A DNA stretch of 64,000 bases from Bacteroidota bacterium (GCA_022572355.1 JACZWC010000018.1:79-64078); one strand, 5' to 3'. Positions 36,822 to 48,800 are shown, counted from the stretch's first letter. The notes: generated from the letters alone by a model not told the origin. Made by a program: numbers and translations.

Positions 36822-38882
36822 CTAAACAACAGGGATATTTTTCCGTTTTAAATAAGCATATGTATCAGGTTGTGCCTGTACTCTTTTCTTTGCCTTTGAC
36901 TTTTTATAGGGATTGTTTTGAATCTTATTGAGCTTTCTCGCCTTTGTATTATCCTTTAGCTGAAAGCTCAATAATTTGAGTGTCTCACGTTTGAGCTCTA
37001 GATCTAAGATCGGAAAGCCTACCTCTACTCTTCTGCTAAGGTTTCTCTTCATCCAGTCTGCAGAGGCAAGATAGATGAGTTCATCTCCGTCATGATGGAA
37101 CAAATACATTCTACCGTGTTCAAGATAACGGTCAATGATGCTGTAAACTTTCACTGTTTCGCTCATATCTTTAACCCCCGGTATCAAGCAGCAAATGCCT
37201 CTTACGATAATTCTGATTTTTACACCCGCCCTGCTCGCCTCGTAGATCTTTTTTATCATTTTTTTGTCTTCGAGGCTATTCATTTTCAAAACCATGCTCG
37301 CTTTCTTTCCTCTTTTAGCGTTTGAGATCTCATAGTCGATTAAGGCCTCGAACTTATCCCGCATTTCAAAAGGGGCTACGAGTAAATGATTAAATTTTGG
37401 ACGTTTGCTGGTGTCAGCCAGATATCCAAACACCTTCTCAATTTCATTGCCGAAATTTTGGTTTTTGGTGAGGAGGCCATGGTCGCAGTAGATACGAGCG
37501 GTACTCTCATTAAAGTTACCTGTTCCCAGATAAGAGTAATGTTTCAATGAGGAGCCTTCCCTACGGGTCACAACACATATCTTGGTGTGAACTTTAAGTT
37601 CATCAAAGCTGTAAATCACCTTCGCACCTGCGGCTTCAATTTTTTCTCCCCAGAATATATTGGAACTCTCGTCAAAACGCGCTTTCACTTCATCAAACAC
37701 CAACACCTCGATCCCGTTTTTTGCAGCTTTTATGAGGGCTTTGGCCACTTTTGAATCGTTGGCAACCCTGTAAAGCGTAATTTTGATAGAAGTAACGGCC
37801 TTGTCAACTGCAGCAGCTTCCAGAAATTTTATCACATAGTCATAGGACTGATATGGAAAATGCAGCATATGGTCCCGCTCACTAATTGCCTCAAAAATTG
37901 ACGCGTGCGCATCCAGACTCCTGCTGGGTAGATCCGGATATGGTTCATATTCCAAACTTGGTTGTTTGGGAGCAGGGAAGCCAAAGAATTCATTAAAATT
38001 ATGATATCTCCCTCCAGGAATGAGGTCTTCTTTTTCAAGGCCATAAAGCCCTGCCAAATATTTTCGATATTCTGAAGGCATTGCTGAATCGTATAAAAAT
38101 CTTGATGGAATTCCTGTAGCTCTTTTGTCCAAACTCTTTATAATCCTTTCCCGAACACTGTCTGCTATTTCGTCATCGAGATGAAGCTCCGCATCGCGGG
38201 ATAACTTTATGGCATAACAGTGAATGATTTCCTGATTGGGAAAGATGAGATCTAATGACACCCTAATTACATCGTCGAGCTGAATTACAAGGTGCTTCTT
38301 TTTGTCAGGGATAACCAGAAACCGGGATATCTGGTTCGAAGGAATATTTACCAGATAGTTCTCTTCGTCCTTCCCTTTTGTCCTTCCATTCGTCCTTATA
38401 GCAAAGTACAGGTGTTTATCCTCTAAGAAAGGCACTTTCCCACTCGATTCTATTTTCTGGACGTTAACCAGTGCTTTTACCTTTTTTCTATAGTAGTCTT
38501 TGACGAAGGGAATCTGGGATTTTGAGAGTTGCTTATCATCAACAAGAAATATGTTTTCTTTAGCCAAACTCGGAATTAACTGATTTCTGAAGATCTCACC
38601 AAATTCGTTTTGTTGTTTATCAACACGCATGTTTATTTTCCTGACTAATTTCCTGGCCCTTTTGTTGATCTTTTTAAAATCTGCCCCCTCCAAACGCATT
38701 AGCCTCCTGTGAGTTGCTACTCTCACCCGATAAAACTCATCAAGGTTAGATGAAAAGATGGCTAGAAATCGCAATCGCTCAATTAATGGTACTTCCGGGT
38801 TGATCGCCTCCTGCAGTACGCGATAATTAAAGGATAGCCATGAAATATCGCGGTTGTAGAATTGCTTTACTGATTTGGACAT
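36822..38882 (-). CDS. ppk1: Polyphosphate kinase 1
   Basis: FYNRDISWLSFNYRVLQEA N-terminus, two PLD-like HKD-type domains, 686 aa. Confidence 0.95.
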   Translation of the reverse strand: MSKSVKQFYNRDISWLSFNYRVLQEAINPEVPLIERLRFLAIFSSNLDEFYRVRVATHRRLMRLEGADFKKINKRARKLVRKINMRVDKQQNEFGEIFRNQLIPSLAKENIFLVDDKQLSKSQIPFVKDYYRKKVKALVNVQKIESSGKVPFLEDKHLYFAIRTNGRTKGKDEENYLVNIPSNQISRFLVIPDKKKHLVIQLDDVIRVSLDLIFPNQEIIHCYAIKLSRDAELHLDDEIADSVRERIIKSLDKRATGIPSRFLYDSAMPSEYRKYLAGLYGLEKEDLIPGGRYHNFNEFFGFPAPKQPSLEYEPYPDLPSRSLDAHASIFEAISERDHMLHFPYQSYDYVIKFLEAAAVDKAVTSIKITLYRVANDSKVAKALIKAAKNGIEVLVFDEVKARFDESSNIFWGEKIEAAGAKVIYSFDELKVHTKICVVTRREGSSLKHYSYLGTGNFNESTARIYCDHGLLTKNQNFGNEIEKVFGYLADTSKRPKFNHLLVAPFEMRDKFEALIDYEISNAKRGKKASMVLKMNSLEDKKMIKKIYEASRAGVKIRIIVRGICCLIPGVKDMSETVKVYSIIDRYLEHGRMYLFHHDGDELIYLASADWMKRNLSRRVEVGFPILDLELKRETLKLLSFQLKDNTKARKLNKIQNNPYKKSKAKKRVQAQPDTYAYLKRKNIPVV

Positions 38883-38907
38883 CGGGCTACCAATTGCGCG
38901 TTAATAA

Positions 38908-40119
38908 TTATTGACTGTGTATTGCGATCGCCACGCTGAACATCGCAACGGCGATAATCATCCCGTACATAAATACCAGGTAGCAAAGTCTCAAGTACTT
39001 ATATTTCTTATTGAGCACCTGACCTAAATAATAGAGATCCTTTATCAATGAGCTATAAAGGAATTCCTTGTCTTTCATCATTTCCTTTATTCCCCACTCG
39101 AATTCGTCCAGTGACATCCCATGGAAGTTTCCAAAGAATAGCAGGTTAGATTTCTTATTGGCGATATCATCCTTGGTAAACCGCCCTTTTGTGACTTTTG
39201 GTTTGGTTGAAAGTGTAGCAAACACAATTGTCAGCAAACAAACAGCCAGCATGAAAGATGCAGGGAAAATAAGATGAGGGAGTTCGTCAAAACGAGGCAA
39301 TAATCCGCTTATGGTTATGGATATTATGATCGCGTTGATACTTAGCATTATATTGGCTTTGTTGTCAGCAATTGCTGAGAAATCCACGTGATTTCTCAGC
39401 GTAACCCTGAACATGGTTTCAATGCCTTTTTCGGGGATAGCTGCTTTTTCGGCTTTTCGTAATACCTCTTGCTCCTTTAGGTCAGCCTTCCTTTTTGATT
39501 CTTCGCTTTTTGCCTTCAGTTTCTTCAATTCTTCGTGACGCTTTGCAATATTTACATTCTTTTGTGGGGTGAATGTAGTCTCAGCGTACTTGGTGTGATA
39601 GGCATGTGCAGTCATAAATTCAATCTCTATTTCCAACCATTCGTGTTTCGCAAATTCTTTTCCGCTCTCTAGCTCTGTTTCAGTCTTGAGCAACTTGCTT
39701 CGCTCATCAAAATCATCACTTCCCAAACCGGCTAAATCAGCATCTCCCAATACCTGCTGCAAAAGGTTATGAGGACTTTGTGGCATCTTGGTAGCTTCAA
39801 TGCAATTGATTATCTCATCGATTCCACTCTCATCATATCCAGCATCGGATAAAAATTCCTTTGCCATCCTCGCGCTAATCTCTTCGTGTCCTTCTTTGAT
39901 TTCCACATAACCTGCGTCATGCAGCCAAGCAGCAAGCATAACCAATTCAAGTTCCTTTTCATCAAGTCCGGATGCCTTTCCTATCTCCTCAGCCGCTTCA
40001 ACCACGTGTTTTGTATGCTCGTAGTTGTGATATAACTGCCAGTCGCGCTGTTTGGCCTTAAATAGTTCATAGACATATTTATCAGCCTTTTCTAGAATTT
40101 CGGAGCTATTCGCCATCAA
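38908..40119 (-). CDS. HD-domain phosphohydrolase fused to a C-terminal DUF5706/Pycsar-effector-like (PycTM-type) transmembrane module
   Basis: N-terminal YHNYEHTKHV...LAAWLHDAGY (H...HD). A coiled-coil linker. C-terminal FSAIADNKANIMLSINAIIISI plus further TM helices and an NLLFFGNF loop, which from memory resembles the PycTM family. Confidence 0.6.
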   Translation of the reverse strand: MMANSSEILEKADKYVYELFKAKQRDWQLYHNYEHTKHVVEAAEEIGKASGLDEKELELVMLAAWLHDAGYVEIKEGHEEISARMAKEFLSDAGYDESGIDEIINCIEATKMPQSPHNLLQQVLGDADLAGLGSDDFDERSKLLKTETELESGKEFAKHEWLEIEIEFMTAHAYHTKYAETTFTPQKNVNIAKRHEELKKLKAKSEESKRKADLKEQEVLRKAEKAAIPEKGIETMFRVTLRNHVDFSAIADNKANIMLSINAIIISITISGLLPRFDELPHLIFPASFMLAVCLLTIVFATLSTKPKVTKGRFTKDDIANKKSNLLFFGNFHGMSLDEFEWGIKEMMKDKEFLYSSLIKDLYYLGQVLNKKYKYLRLCYLVFMYGMIIAVAMFSVAIAIHSQ

Positions 40120-40363
40120 AAATGATCATCTAATTAAGTATACCATAATTACCTTACAATAATAACCCAAATATTTTAGAAGAAACGGAACACATGGGAC
40201 ATTTTTTGATGTGGTGAATAAACTTCCAAAGTTAACCGTGCATCTTCTTCTCCGGCTGATTCACAGTTAAAACCTCTATTTTTTGTTGTTGTTACTTTTT
40301 AGTTATTTTGCATTAGCTATTTCACATCCAGTGAAATTACCCTACACGATTAAATCCTAAACC

Positions 40364-43300
40364 ATGAATAAGATTGATTCTATTTTCAAAACCAATTACG
40401 CAGTTACAACGCTCTCAATCATATTGAGCCTGTTCGTATTTACAGCACAGGCCCAGGTTATCGAATTCTCCGATGATTTTGAATCTGGGACCGGTAACTG
40501 GATATTGACAAACAACTGGGGCTTGGATACTGTATCCAATTCTCCTACAAACTCGCTTACTGAAAGTCCTACTGCTAATTACGGTAATTCAGAGACCTCC
40601 TATGCCACCATGGCCAATCCGGTAGACCTCTCTACCGCATTAGATGCCAACATGTCGTTTTGGACTATTTATAATATTGAATTTGGGTTTGACTATATGT
40701 ATGTAGAAGCCTCAGGTGATGGTGGATCCAACTGGATCAATATTGCGTCCTTCGATAGCATCCTCACGACCTGGACACAATTCAGTTATTCCCTCGGGGG
40801 ATTTGTTGGAAGCTCCAATGTGCTGGTACGATTTAGATTTGTAAGCGATGTATTCGTCACTGAAGACGGCATGTACATCGATGACTTTGAGATTACGAGT
40901 AATAGTATCGATAATTCGCCTCCTCTAATCCTCCATACCGGGCCGGTAATGCACCAGGCATCCTTGTCCGACCAAAATATTAATGCCCAGTTAATCGATG
41001 TTTCGGGAATCAGCCTGGCAGAACTGAGTTATACCGTGGACGGCGGCGCACCTCAGATAGTGACAGGCGTGAACGTCACGGCAGACGACTATCTATTTGT
41101 TATTCCGCAGCAATTGGCGGGTGTCTGGGTAGATTATTGGATCACAGCTATTGATGCATCAGACTCACTGAACATGGGAACAAGCAGCACCTACTCCTAT
41201 ATTTCTGGTAACTATATTGTTTATGATAATGCACAGGTCGACTTCGTAACTTCCTTTGGGCCCGGATCGCCCAGTGGATATCCAGGGGCTGCGGTGAGGA
41301 TTACGCTTTCGGGTACCACGGACCTGGTCACTTCGCTCATAAGGAATTACACAGACATCAACAATCCCAATGACAGTATGCTGATCCACGTTTGGGCCAA
41401 TGCAGGGGGATTGCCAGGAGCAGATCTCATCACGCCGTTTATGCTAAATCCGGAGGCAACATTGGCAGAACCCAATAGAATAACAAGGGTAGATCTACGA
41501 CCCTACTCAAGCCAACTCTCAAACCTTTCGGGAGACGTGTTTGTGGGATTTACGGTGCCAACTGGAGAAGTTTGGCTGTCACAAACCACACCTGGAAGTG
41601 CCGCGCGAACGTTTGCAGACTCACTGGGTATATGGGTCAATATTAACGATGACTTCCATTTCAGGGCCATCACCGATACATTCGCCGGTGTAACGGTTGC
41701 GAATTTTTCCTTTAACTCATCCGGCGATCCGGTGGTCACTTTCGCCGACTCGTCGACCAATACACCATTAACCTGGGTTTGGGACTTCGGCGATGGCTCC
41801 GGAACCAGCACCTCGCAAAACCCGGGTTATACCTATACCGCGAATGGGACCTATAATGTGTGTCTAACAGCTACCAACGTAGTTGGGAGCAGCACGTCCT
41901 GTCAATGGGTTACGATCGGCGGTATTCCTACAGTGGCCAACTTCTCGGCCTCCGCCACCAGTATTTGCCAGGGAGCGTGCGTCAATTTTACGGATATGAG
42001 TACCAACACACCGACGAGCTGGAGTTGGGTATTCCCCGGAGGGACACCGGCTACTGATACGACACAAAATCCAACGGTCTGTTACAACTCGGTTGGAACA
42101 TACGATGTAACGCTCATTGTTAGCAATGGTGGCGGGCCTGATACAATGGCGTTAACGGCTTACATTACATCTACCTCTTGTCCGCCACCAGTGGCGGCTT
42201 TTACGGCAAGCAATACGATGATCTGCGTTGGGGATACAGTGAATTTTACGGACCAGTCAACACAGACTCCAACATCCTGGAATTGGGTATTTACAGGAGC
42301 AACTCCCGCCGCCGATACGACTCAAAACCCAACGGTCATCTATAACACACCGGGAACTTATGATGTGATGCTGACGGCTACAAATTTCGCGGGTAGCGAT
42401 ACATTGACCATGAGCAGTTATATCACGGTTAATGCGCTGCCGGCAACGCCAACCATATCTGTTGGTGGCCCAACGACATTTTGCCAGGGTGATAGTGTAG
42501 TGCTCACTTCGAGTAGCTCTACAGGTAATACGTGGTCGAATTCCTTGACTACGCAGGCAATTGCGGTTACCGCATCAGGGAACTATACGGTGACAGTAAC
42601 AGATGGAAATGGGTGCAGTGCAACTTCGAATGCAACAACAGTGACGGTCGATCCGCTGCCGCCAACGCCCATCATATCCGCGAGTGGTACTACGAACATG
42701 TGTCAGGGTGATAGCGTGACGCTAACCTCGAGCAGTTCAACCGGTAACGTGTGGTCGAATTCAGCGACTACGCAGTCAATTACAGTTAGTACATCCGGGA
42801 ACCATACCGTTACCGTTACTGACGGCAATGGATGCAGTGCAACTTCAAATACAACAACAGTGACCGTTAATACGATACCAGCAAAACCTAGCATATCTGC
42901 CGGTGGCCCGACGACCTTTTGTCAGGGCGCTAATGTTGTACTGACCTCGAGTAGTGCAACGGATAATATTTGGTCGAATGCATCAACCACGCAGGCAATT
43001 ACCGTTACAACCGCTGGATCCTATACGGTGATGATAGTCGATGGAAATGGATGCACGAGCCCAACTTCAGATGCAATAACAATTACGGTTGATCCGCTAC
43101 CAGCTACGCCAACAATCACTCCCAGTGGCCCGCTCACATTTTGTGAGGGGGGAAGCGTGGTGCTCTCCTCGAGTAGCGCTGCAATATATATATGGGATAC
43201 CGGAGATACAACTCAGTCAATTACAATAGATTCTACCGGTACGTATAAGGTGCGTATTACGGACAGTAGTGGCTGTAACAGTAGCTTTTCGTTAATTACA

Positions 43301-43798
43301 TCAGTTACTGAAAATCCCAATCCGGCAGTACCCAATATCTCACAGAATATTAATGTGCTTACCTCTGATGCCGCAACCGGTTACCAGTGGTTCATGAACA
43401 GCACGCTGTTGACAGGTGAGACTTCCCAGGATTATACAATTACCCAGGACGGTACTTACTCGGTTGAGGTAACTGACGCCAATGGTTGTACTGCCATGTC
43501 GGATCCTGTCAATGTAACTTTTACAGGAATTTATGAAGTGATTGGTAATATACAATTGCATATATATCCCAATCCGAACAATGGAGAGTTCATCTTAGAA
43601 ATTGAACTCCTAGGTAATCAGGATGTTCAATTGTCTATCAGCAATGTATTGGGTCAGTTGGTGTATGAAGAAGCTTTACACAACATTCATGGCCTATATT
43701 CAAAACGGATCGACATAAGTGAATACCGTGCTGGAGTGTATGCGCTTCAATTGATTGGCGAAAACAGAACTTACACCAGGCAAATAATCGTGGAATAA
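40364..43798 (+). CDS. T9SS-secreted multidomain adhesin-like protein (MAM-like N-domain, 3 PKD domains, 5 Ig-like ~72-aa repeats, type A C-terminal sorting domain)
   Basis: Signal peptide. WVWDFGDGSG, WSWVFPGG and WNWVFTG PKD signatures. Five repeats GGPTTFCQGDSVVLTSSS...VTVTDGNGC at about 42430-43525. C-terminal IYPNPNNGEFILEI...YTRQIIVE. Confidence 0.85.
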   Translation: MNKIDSIFKTNYAVTTLSIILSLFVFTAQAQVIEFSDDFESGTGNWILTNNWGLDTVSNSPTNSLTESPTANYGNSETSYATMANPVDLSTALDANMSFWTIYNIEFGFDYMYVEASGDGGSNWINIASFDSILTTWTQFSYSLGGFVGSSNVLVRFRFVSDVFVTEDGMYIDDFEITSNSIDNSPPLILHTGPVMHQASLSDQNINAQLIDVSGISLAELSYTVDGGAPQIVTGVNVTADDYLFVIPQQLAGVWVDYWITAIDASDSLNMGTSSTYSYISGNYIVYDNAQVDFVTSFGPGSPSGYPGAAVRITLSGTTDLVTSLIRNYTDINNPNDSMLIHVWANAGGLPGADLITPFMLNPEATLAEPNRITRVDLRPYSSQLSNLSGDVFVGFTVPTGEVWLSQTTPGSAARTFADSLGIWVNINDDFHFRAITDTFAGVTVANFSFNSSGDPVVTFADSSTNTPLTWVWDFGDGSGTSTSQNPGYTYTANGTYNVCLTATNVVGSSTSCQWVTIGGIPTVANFSASATSICQGACVNFTDMSTNTPTSWSWVFPGGTPATDTTQNPTVCYNSVGTYDVTLIVSNGGGPDTMALTAYITSTSCPPPVAAFTASNTMICVGDTVNFTDQSTQTPTSWNWVFTGATPAADTTQNPTVIYNTPGTYDVMLTATNFAGSDTLTMSSYITVNALPATPTISVGGPTTFCQGDSVVLTSSSSTGNTWSNSLTTQAIAVTASGNYTVTVTDGNGCSATSNATTVTVDPLPPTPIISASGTTNMCQGDSVTLTSSSSTGNVWSNSATTQSITVSTSGNHTVTVTDGNGCSATSNTTTVTVNTIPAKPSISAGGPTTFCQGANVVLTSSSATDNIWSNASTTQAITVTTAGSYTVMIVDGNGCTSPTSDAITITVDPLPATPTITPSGPLTFCEGGSVVLSSSSAAIYIWDTGDTTQSITIDSTGTYKVRITDSSGCNSSFSLITSVTENPNPAVPNISQNINVLTSDAATGYQWFMNSTLLTGETSQDYTITQDGTYSVEVTDANGCTAMSDPVNVTFTGIYEVIGNIQLHIYPNPNNGEFILEIELLGNQDVQLSISNVLGQLVYEEALHNIHGLYSKRIDISEYRAGVYALQLIGENRTYTRQIIVE

Positions 43799-43815
43799 AG
43801 GGTCACGTTGAAACA

Positions 43816-45612
43816 TCAAGGTACCTGTGGCGTAATTCCCAGATACTGATAATACAAGACCCTATCTTCCGGCTCGTTTACGCTCTCAACATCTGGTTCC
43901 TCATAGAGTGGATTAAAAATTCGAGTAATCAGTTTGGCAAAGCCACTTGGGACGATCGGTGATCTCGTCCGAAAAACATCGTGTCCTCCCGCTTTAAATC
44001 CATGTTCCTCTATCACTTTCTGATTGTTTTCATTACTCCTTAAGTAGAGTGAGGACAGTGCGTCGCCATAAACCAAATCAAACTTTGGGTTTTGCAGCAG
44101 GTAACGATGTAGCTTATTCATAAGTGAGTTATTCAATATCATAATATAATCAAATGTCATATCGCCATCCGCAAGCGGAAACACTTTGTCCGGCATTTCA
44201 TAGAGCATGAAGTTGTTTTTTAGAAAGACAGCTGGATATATATCCAAGTCCCTCAAATCTATATAGGTTTTGAAGTCGGGCTGCAAATTCCAAAGCAGGT
44301 AAGAAGAGGAAAGGTAATCTGTAAAGGCCCTGCCTTGGATTTTATTGGTTTTAATAAATGCTGCCGCTCCATGAGGAGCCTTTTTGATATTTACCTTCAG
44401 CCCATATTCTTCTCCTGAATTAAAAGCTTTGTAATACAATCCTGACACAACGCCAACATATAAGACCAAACCCATAACGATGGCACCTAGATGGTATTTT
44501 GCATTGGCAGCATTTTCCGCCTTACCCAAAAACCTTCTGTCAGCAGCAACTGCAATCAGTGGTACAGCAGCAATTACCGCAAATGGAATGTTTCTATAGG
44601 CTGAAAGTGACAGATAAGTCATAGCGATAAGAAGCAAAACATATCCCAAGCCAATTCGGTTAATCAGTCGTTTCCAAAAAAACATCGGTGTATTGCCTGC
44701 CAACTCAGATTTTGTACTGAATAGATACATGGCAATGACAATAGATAAAAGTCCGATTACCGACCGTATGGTCCAGAACTTCACTTCTTTAAATGAGTAT
44801 AGCTCAACTGTGAATTTGTTCTCTCCCAACTGAGAAAAAATTTCTCCAACATGGGTGAGCAGCTCAACACCCCTTGGGTTTACACAGGTCGCTACGATGC
44901 AAAGAAATGCAGCCAGTGTCATTAACCTGGGAACTTCAACAGCCATGGTACCTGAGTACCATCTCTTGTTACTGAACCAATAATACTCGATCCAGGCGGC
45001 TGTAGCAAACATGATCGCAAAGACGATTCCCATACCGTACGCTTCGTGGAGATTGGTCCATAGTATCTGTAGTGGAACAATCATGAAAATCCACAAGGAG
45101 GGTTTGAGCCTGTGTTGGACAAATAAGAAGATAAAGGCCGCTGCCATCAGGTGACTTACACACTCTGGCCGACCCGTCATTCTGTATTCCATGATCACCA
45201 GGGCTAGTAATAAGACCATCGCCGTTCCAACAGACGGCCTGAAGTTTTCACCAATTATATTTCGGCCAACAACTAATATCGTTCTCATTAAGATCAGCAA
45301 CAAAAAAATGGTGGCGATTACTTGTAGAAGAGGTAGGAATTCCGGGCCTCCCAACTTCGTGATGAGCGCCTGTAACACTTCATAGCCCCATTTCACATTG
45401 ACCCATTCAACATCTTCATAGCTATATGAAAACACATCCGTCCGGGGAACTTCTCCTTTTTCCAGTATTAACTCACCCGTTCTGAGCTGCCACCACAGAT
45501 CCGGTTCACGGATGGATTTCATGCTCAACACAATACCCACCATTATGACTAGAACAAGGGTTACACGCCTTAATAAATTCAAGTGTTTAATTGATGTCAT
45601 TACATAATGCAT
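43816..45612 (-). CDS. Polytopic membrane protein, possibly GT-C-fold glycosyltransferase-like
   Basis: 598 aa with more than 10 predicted TM helices and N-proximal EPDLWWQLRTGE. Family not firmly recognised. Confidence 0.45.
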   Translation of the reverse strand: MHYVMTSIKHLNLLRRVTLVLVIMVGIVLSMKSIREPDLWWQLRTGELILEKGEVPRTDVFSYSYEDVEWVNVKWGYEVLQALITKLGGPEFLPLLQVIATIFLLLILMRTILVVGRNIIGENFRPSVGTAMVLLLALVIMEYRMTGRPECVSHLMAAAFIFLFVQHRLKPSLWIFMIVPLQILWTNLHEAYGMGIVFAIMFATAAWIEYYWFSNKRWYSGTMAVEVPRLMTLAAFLCIVATCVNPRGVELLTHVGEIFSQLGENKFTVELYSFKEVKFWTIRSVIGLLSIVIAMYLFSTKSELAGNTPMFFWKRLINRIGLGYVLLLIAMTYLSLSAYRNIPFAVIAAVPLIAVAADRRFLGKAENAANAKYHLGAIVMGLVLYVGVVSGLYYKAFNSGEEYGLKVNIKKAPHGAAAFIKTNKIQGRAFTDYLSSSYLLWNLQPDFKTYIDLRDLDIYPAVFLKNNFMLYEMPDKVFPLADGDMTFDYIMILNNSLMNKLHRYLLQNPKFDLVYGDALSSLYLRSNENNQKVIEEHGFKAGGHDVFRTRSPIVPSGFAKLITRIFNPLYEEPDVESVNEPEDRVLYYQYLGITPQVP

Positions 45613-45874
45613 AGGTTAATCTGTTCACAATATACTTTTATAAAGCCCACCAATTAATAGATCGTTACCACCACTTATCCCTATGAGGAGACCATTTACT
45701 CAATGGTGCTTGACTATGCCTACTCAATTGACGTACCTTCAGATGATGAGAAGTCTAAAATAAGTAACCTTTTCTATCGTTTGTAGTATTAGATAGCATA
45801 AACACCCCCAAAACAGATAATATATGGACTGATCAAGATATAGCGATAAATGTAAATTTTAATCCTTGTCCCGG

Positions 45875-48800
45875 ATGGATTTCACCACGCGCAGGAGTGT
45901 AATAACTCTCTTCGTCTCTATACTTACCTGGTTCTCTACAGGATCAGTAGCTATTGCTCAATCCCCAGTTGCCGATTTTACCTCAGACATTACCAGCGGA
46001 TGCTTCCCAATTACAGTGAATTTTGAGGATCTCTCCTCTAACAGCCCTACATCCTGGGCATGGAACTTTGGAAATGGCAACACCTCAACTTTCGAAAATC
46101 CAAGTGCAGTGTATTCTTTTGCGGGCGATTATACAGTTACCCTTATTGCATGCAACGGCAGTGGCTGTGATACGATAATAAATACCCAGTACATCACAGC
46201 TTATGATTATCCTATTGCGGACTTCGCTGCAAATATCACTTACGGTTGTGCTCCGCTACTCGTTCAATTTACTGACCTCTCCATTCCCATCTCATCTTCT
46301 ATAGTTTGGTGGTATTGGGATTTTGGTGACGGTTTTTCTTCTACGTCGCCCAACCCGACTCACGCCTACTTTATTCCTGGGATATATAATGTGAGCATCA
46401 GTATTACCGATAGCCTGGGCTGCAATGACAGTAAATCCATCACCAATTACATTATCGTCTCCGTACCTCCAACACTTTCGTACACCGCCACTCCTGCAAC
46501 CTCCTGCTTCGCTCCGCTGAATACAACATTTACAAATACCACAACCCAAGGCACCTATCCGGTTTCTTCCTGGTTTTGGAATTTTGGAGATGGCTTTTCA
46601 TCCACCAGTGCCAATCCTGTTCATAACTACACCAGTAGTGGATCATTCACAGTATCTCTCACAGCCGTTGATTCCATCGGATGTTCTAGTATACGGATAG
46701 ACTCTAACGCAATCGTTGTGGGGAACGATTCAGCCTCTTTTACATATTCAACAGTGAGAACTTGTTCCAGCCTTGATGTTTCCTTTTTTGGAGCACCAAA
46801 TCCTAATTTTACGAACTGGTCCTGGGATTTTGGGGATGGCTCACCTACACAGACCGGGCAAAACATCAATCACAGCTACACAACTACCGGAACATTCACC
46901 GTTGTATTAACTACCACAAATGTTGGTGGCTGTACGGATACGGCAAGTACAGATATCTCCTTTCAGCTCCTCACAGGAGGCTTTACCGCTGATACCACCT
47001 ATGGCTGTTCGTTGCCCTTTAATGTAAACTATTCAGGTTCAGCCGTGGGCACGCCACCTTACACTTGGGCCTGGGATTTTTCATATGAACAAAGCATGGG
47101 GTTTATGAATGAATCTACACTGCAAAACCCATCCTATGCTTATACCTATGAAGATACTTTTGATGTAAAGATGATTGTAACTGATGCATTTGGTTGCACC
47201 GATGAAATGACCTTAATGGGTTCTAATGATTCTATTTGGGTACTGCGCTCTGATCCAAACTTTTTCAGAAGCCCCTGGCAGGGATGCGCACCTTTAAGTG
47301 TTAGTTTTACGGATAACAGTGTCGTTTATATGGGAAGTATTGCCTCCTGGGCGTGGAATTTTGATGACCCGGTTTCAGGAAGCAATAATACTTCCTCTTT
47401 ACAGAATCCTGCACATACCTTTGATTCGGTTGGAGTTTATAGTGTGACTTTGACGATGACAAACACTCTTGGATGCATTGAATCAGTTACACGGACCGTA
47501 AGGACAGGATATCCGCCTTTAGCCGATTCCATCACTATCTCAAAGGATACAGCCTGCCATGGGGAACCGGTACTTCTTGAAGCATTTTCAACGGATACCA
47601 ATATAAATGGTGGCATGTGTAACTTTGGTGATGGTTATAGTGGTTCAGGATGGCCTGCAATTTCACACGAATTTCAGGATACCGGTCTGATAACCATATC
47701 GTTAAGGCCTGTGTACAATGGCTGTCCGGGAGATACTCTCGTCTACGGTACCATATACATACTTCCGCCCAAGCCAATCTTTACAGCCACCCCGGTTTTT
47801 TCCTGCACCCCTCCTCTAACGGTTACTTTTACCAACACCTCCTGGGATGCAGATAGCTCCTCCTGGGATTTCGGAGATGGAACCCCTCTCAGCACTACCG
47901 TTAGCCCCGTCCATATCTATACCACTCCAGGGCGGCATGTCGTTTGGTTAACCGTCACCAATGTGAATGGGTGCCTCGATTCAGATTCAACCAGAATAAA
48001 CATTCCACAGCCTACTGCCAATTTCTCGGCCACTCCAACTGTTGGATGTACTCCGCTTACGGTTAATTTCACGGACTTTTCATTCAATTATATCTCACTT
48101 TGGGTGTATAGGATCGTCTCCTGGTCATGGGATTTTGGGGATGGAAATGTTTCATCGCAGAGATACCCGATTCATACTTATACCACGACCGGTTCTTTTA
48201 CTGTTACCCTGACAATTACGGATGCTGTAGGCTGCACCCACACCCTTGTCAAGACAGATGAAATTATTACCAGTGCCACAACCGCCGAATTTACCGCGAG
48301 CCCCACCGTCGGCTGTGAACCACTTACGGTAACTTTCACCGACCAGTCAATCCAATATTCTCCGATCCTTTCGTGGAGCTGGGATTTTGGAGACGGTTCT
48401 CCGCTCAATTCCACTCCAAGCCCTACTCATGACTATATTAGCTCTGGAAGTTATGACGTGGTACTAACGGTAACGGATTCAATAGGCTGTGTCAACACAA
48501 TGACGAAATCCTCCTATGTCAATCTCACAAAACCGAATCCACAGTTCACACATCCAGCCCGAGTTTGTAAAAACGAATCCACCAGTTTTATAAATACTAC
48601 TTCAGGATCGGGCTTATCATATTTATGGGATTTTGGAGACCTGGTTACTACCACAAGTCAAAACCCCTTTCACAGTTATTCGGATACAGGCCTGTACACT
48701 GTTACGCTCATAGCAACGGATAGCAACGGATGCAGCGATACGGGAACGAGTCAAATAGAATGCATTGGCCAGCCAGTGATTAATTTTTCTGTCGACAGTT

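Noticed and set aside
29914-40119. Idea that the cyclase-STAND gene and the HD-PycTM-like gene form one Pycsar-like cyclase/effector system
   Set aside because: They are 5.7 kb apart on opposite strands and separated by three unrelated genes (Omp85-like, PAP2, ppk1). Known Pycsar pairs are adjacent and co-oriented. I kept them as separate findings.
42430-43525. Regularly spaced ~216-nt DNA repeats, checked as a possible CRISPR-like or satellite array
   Set aside because: They are in frame and encode five Ig-like domains of the 1144-aa T9SS cargo. There are no short direct repeats with unique spacers.
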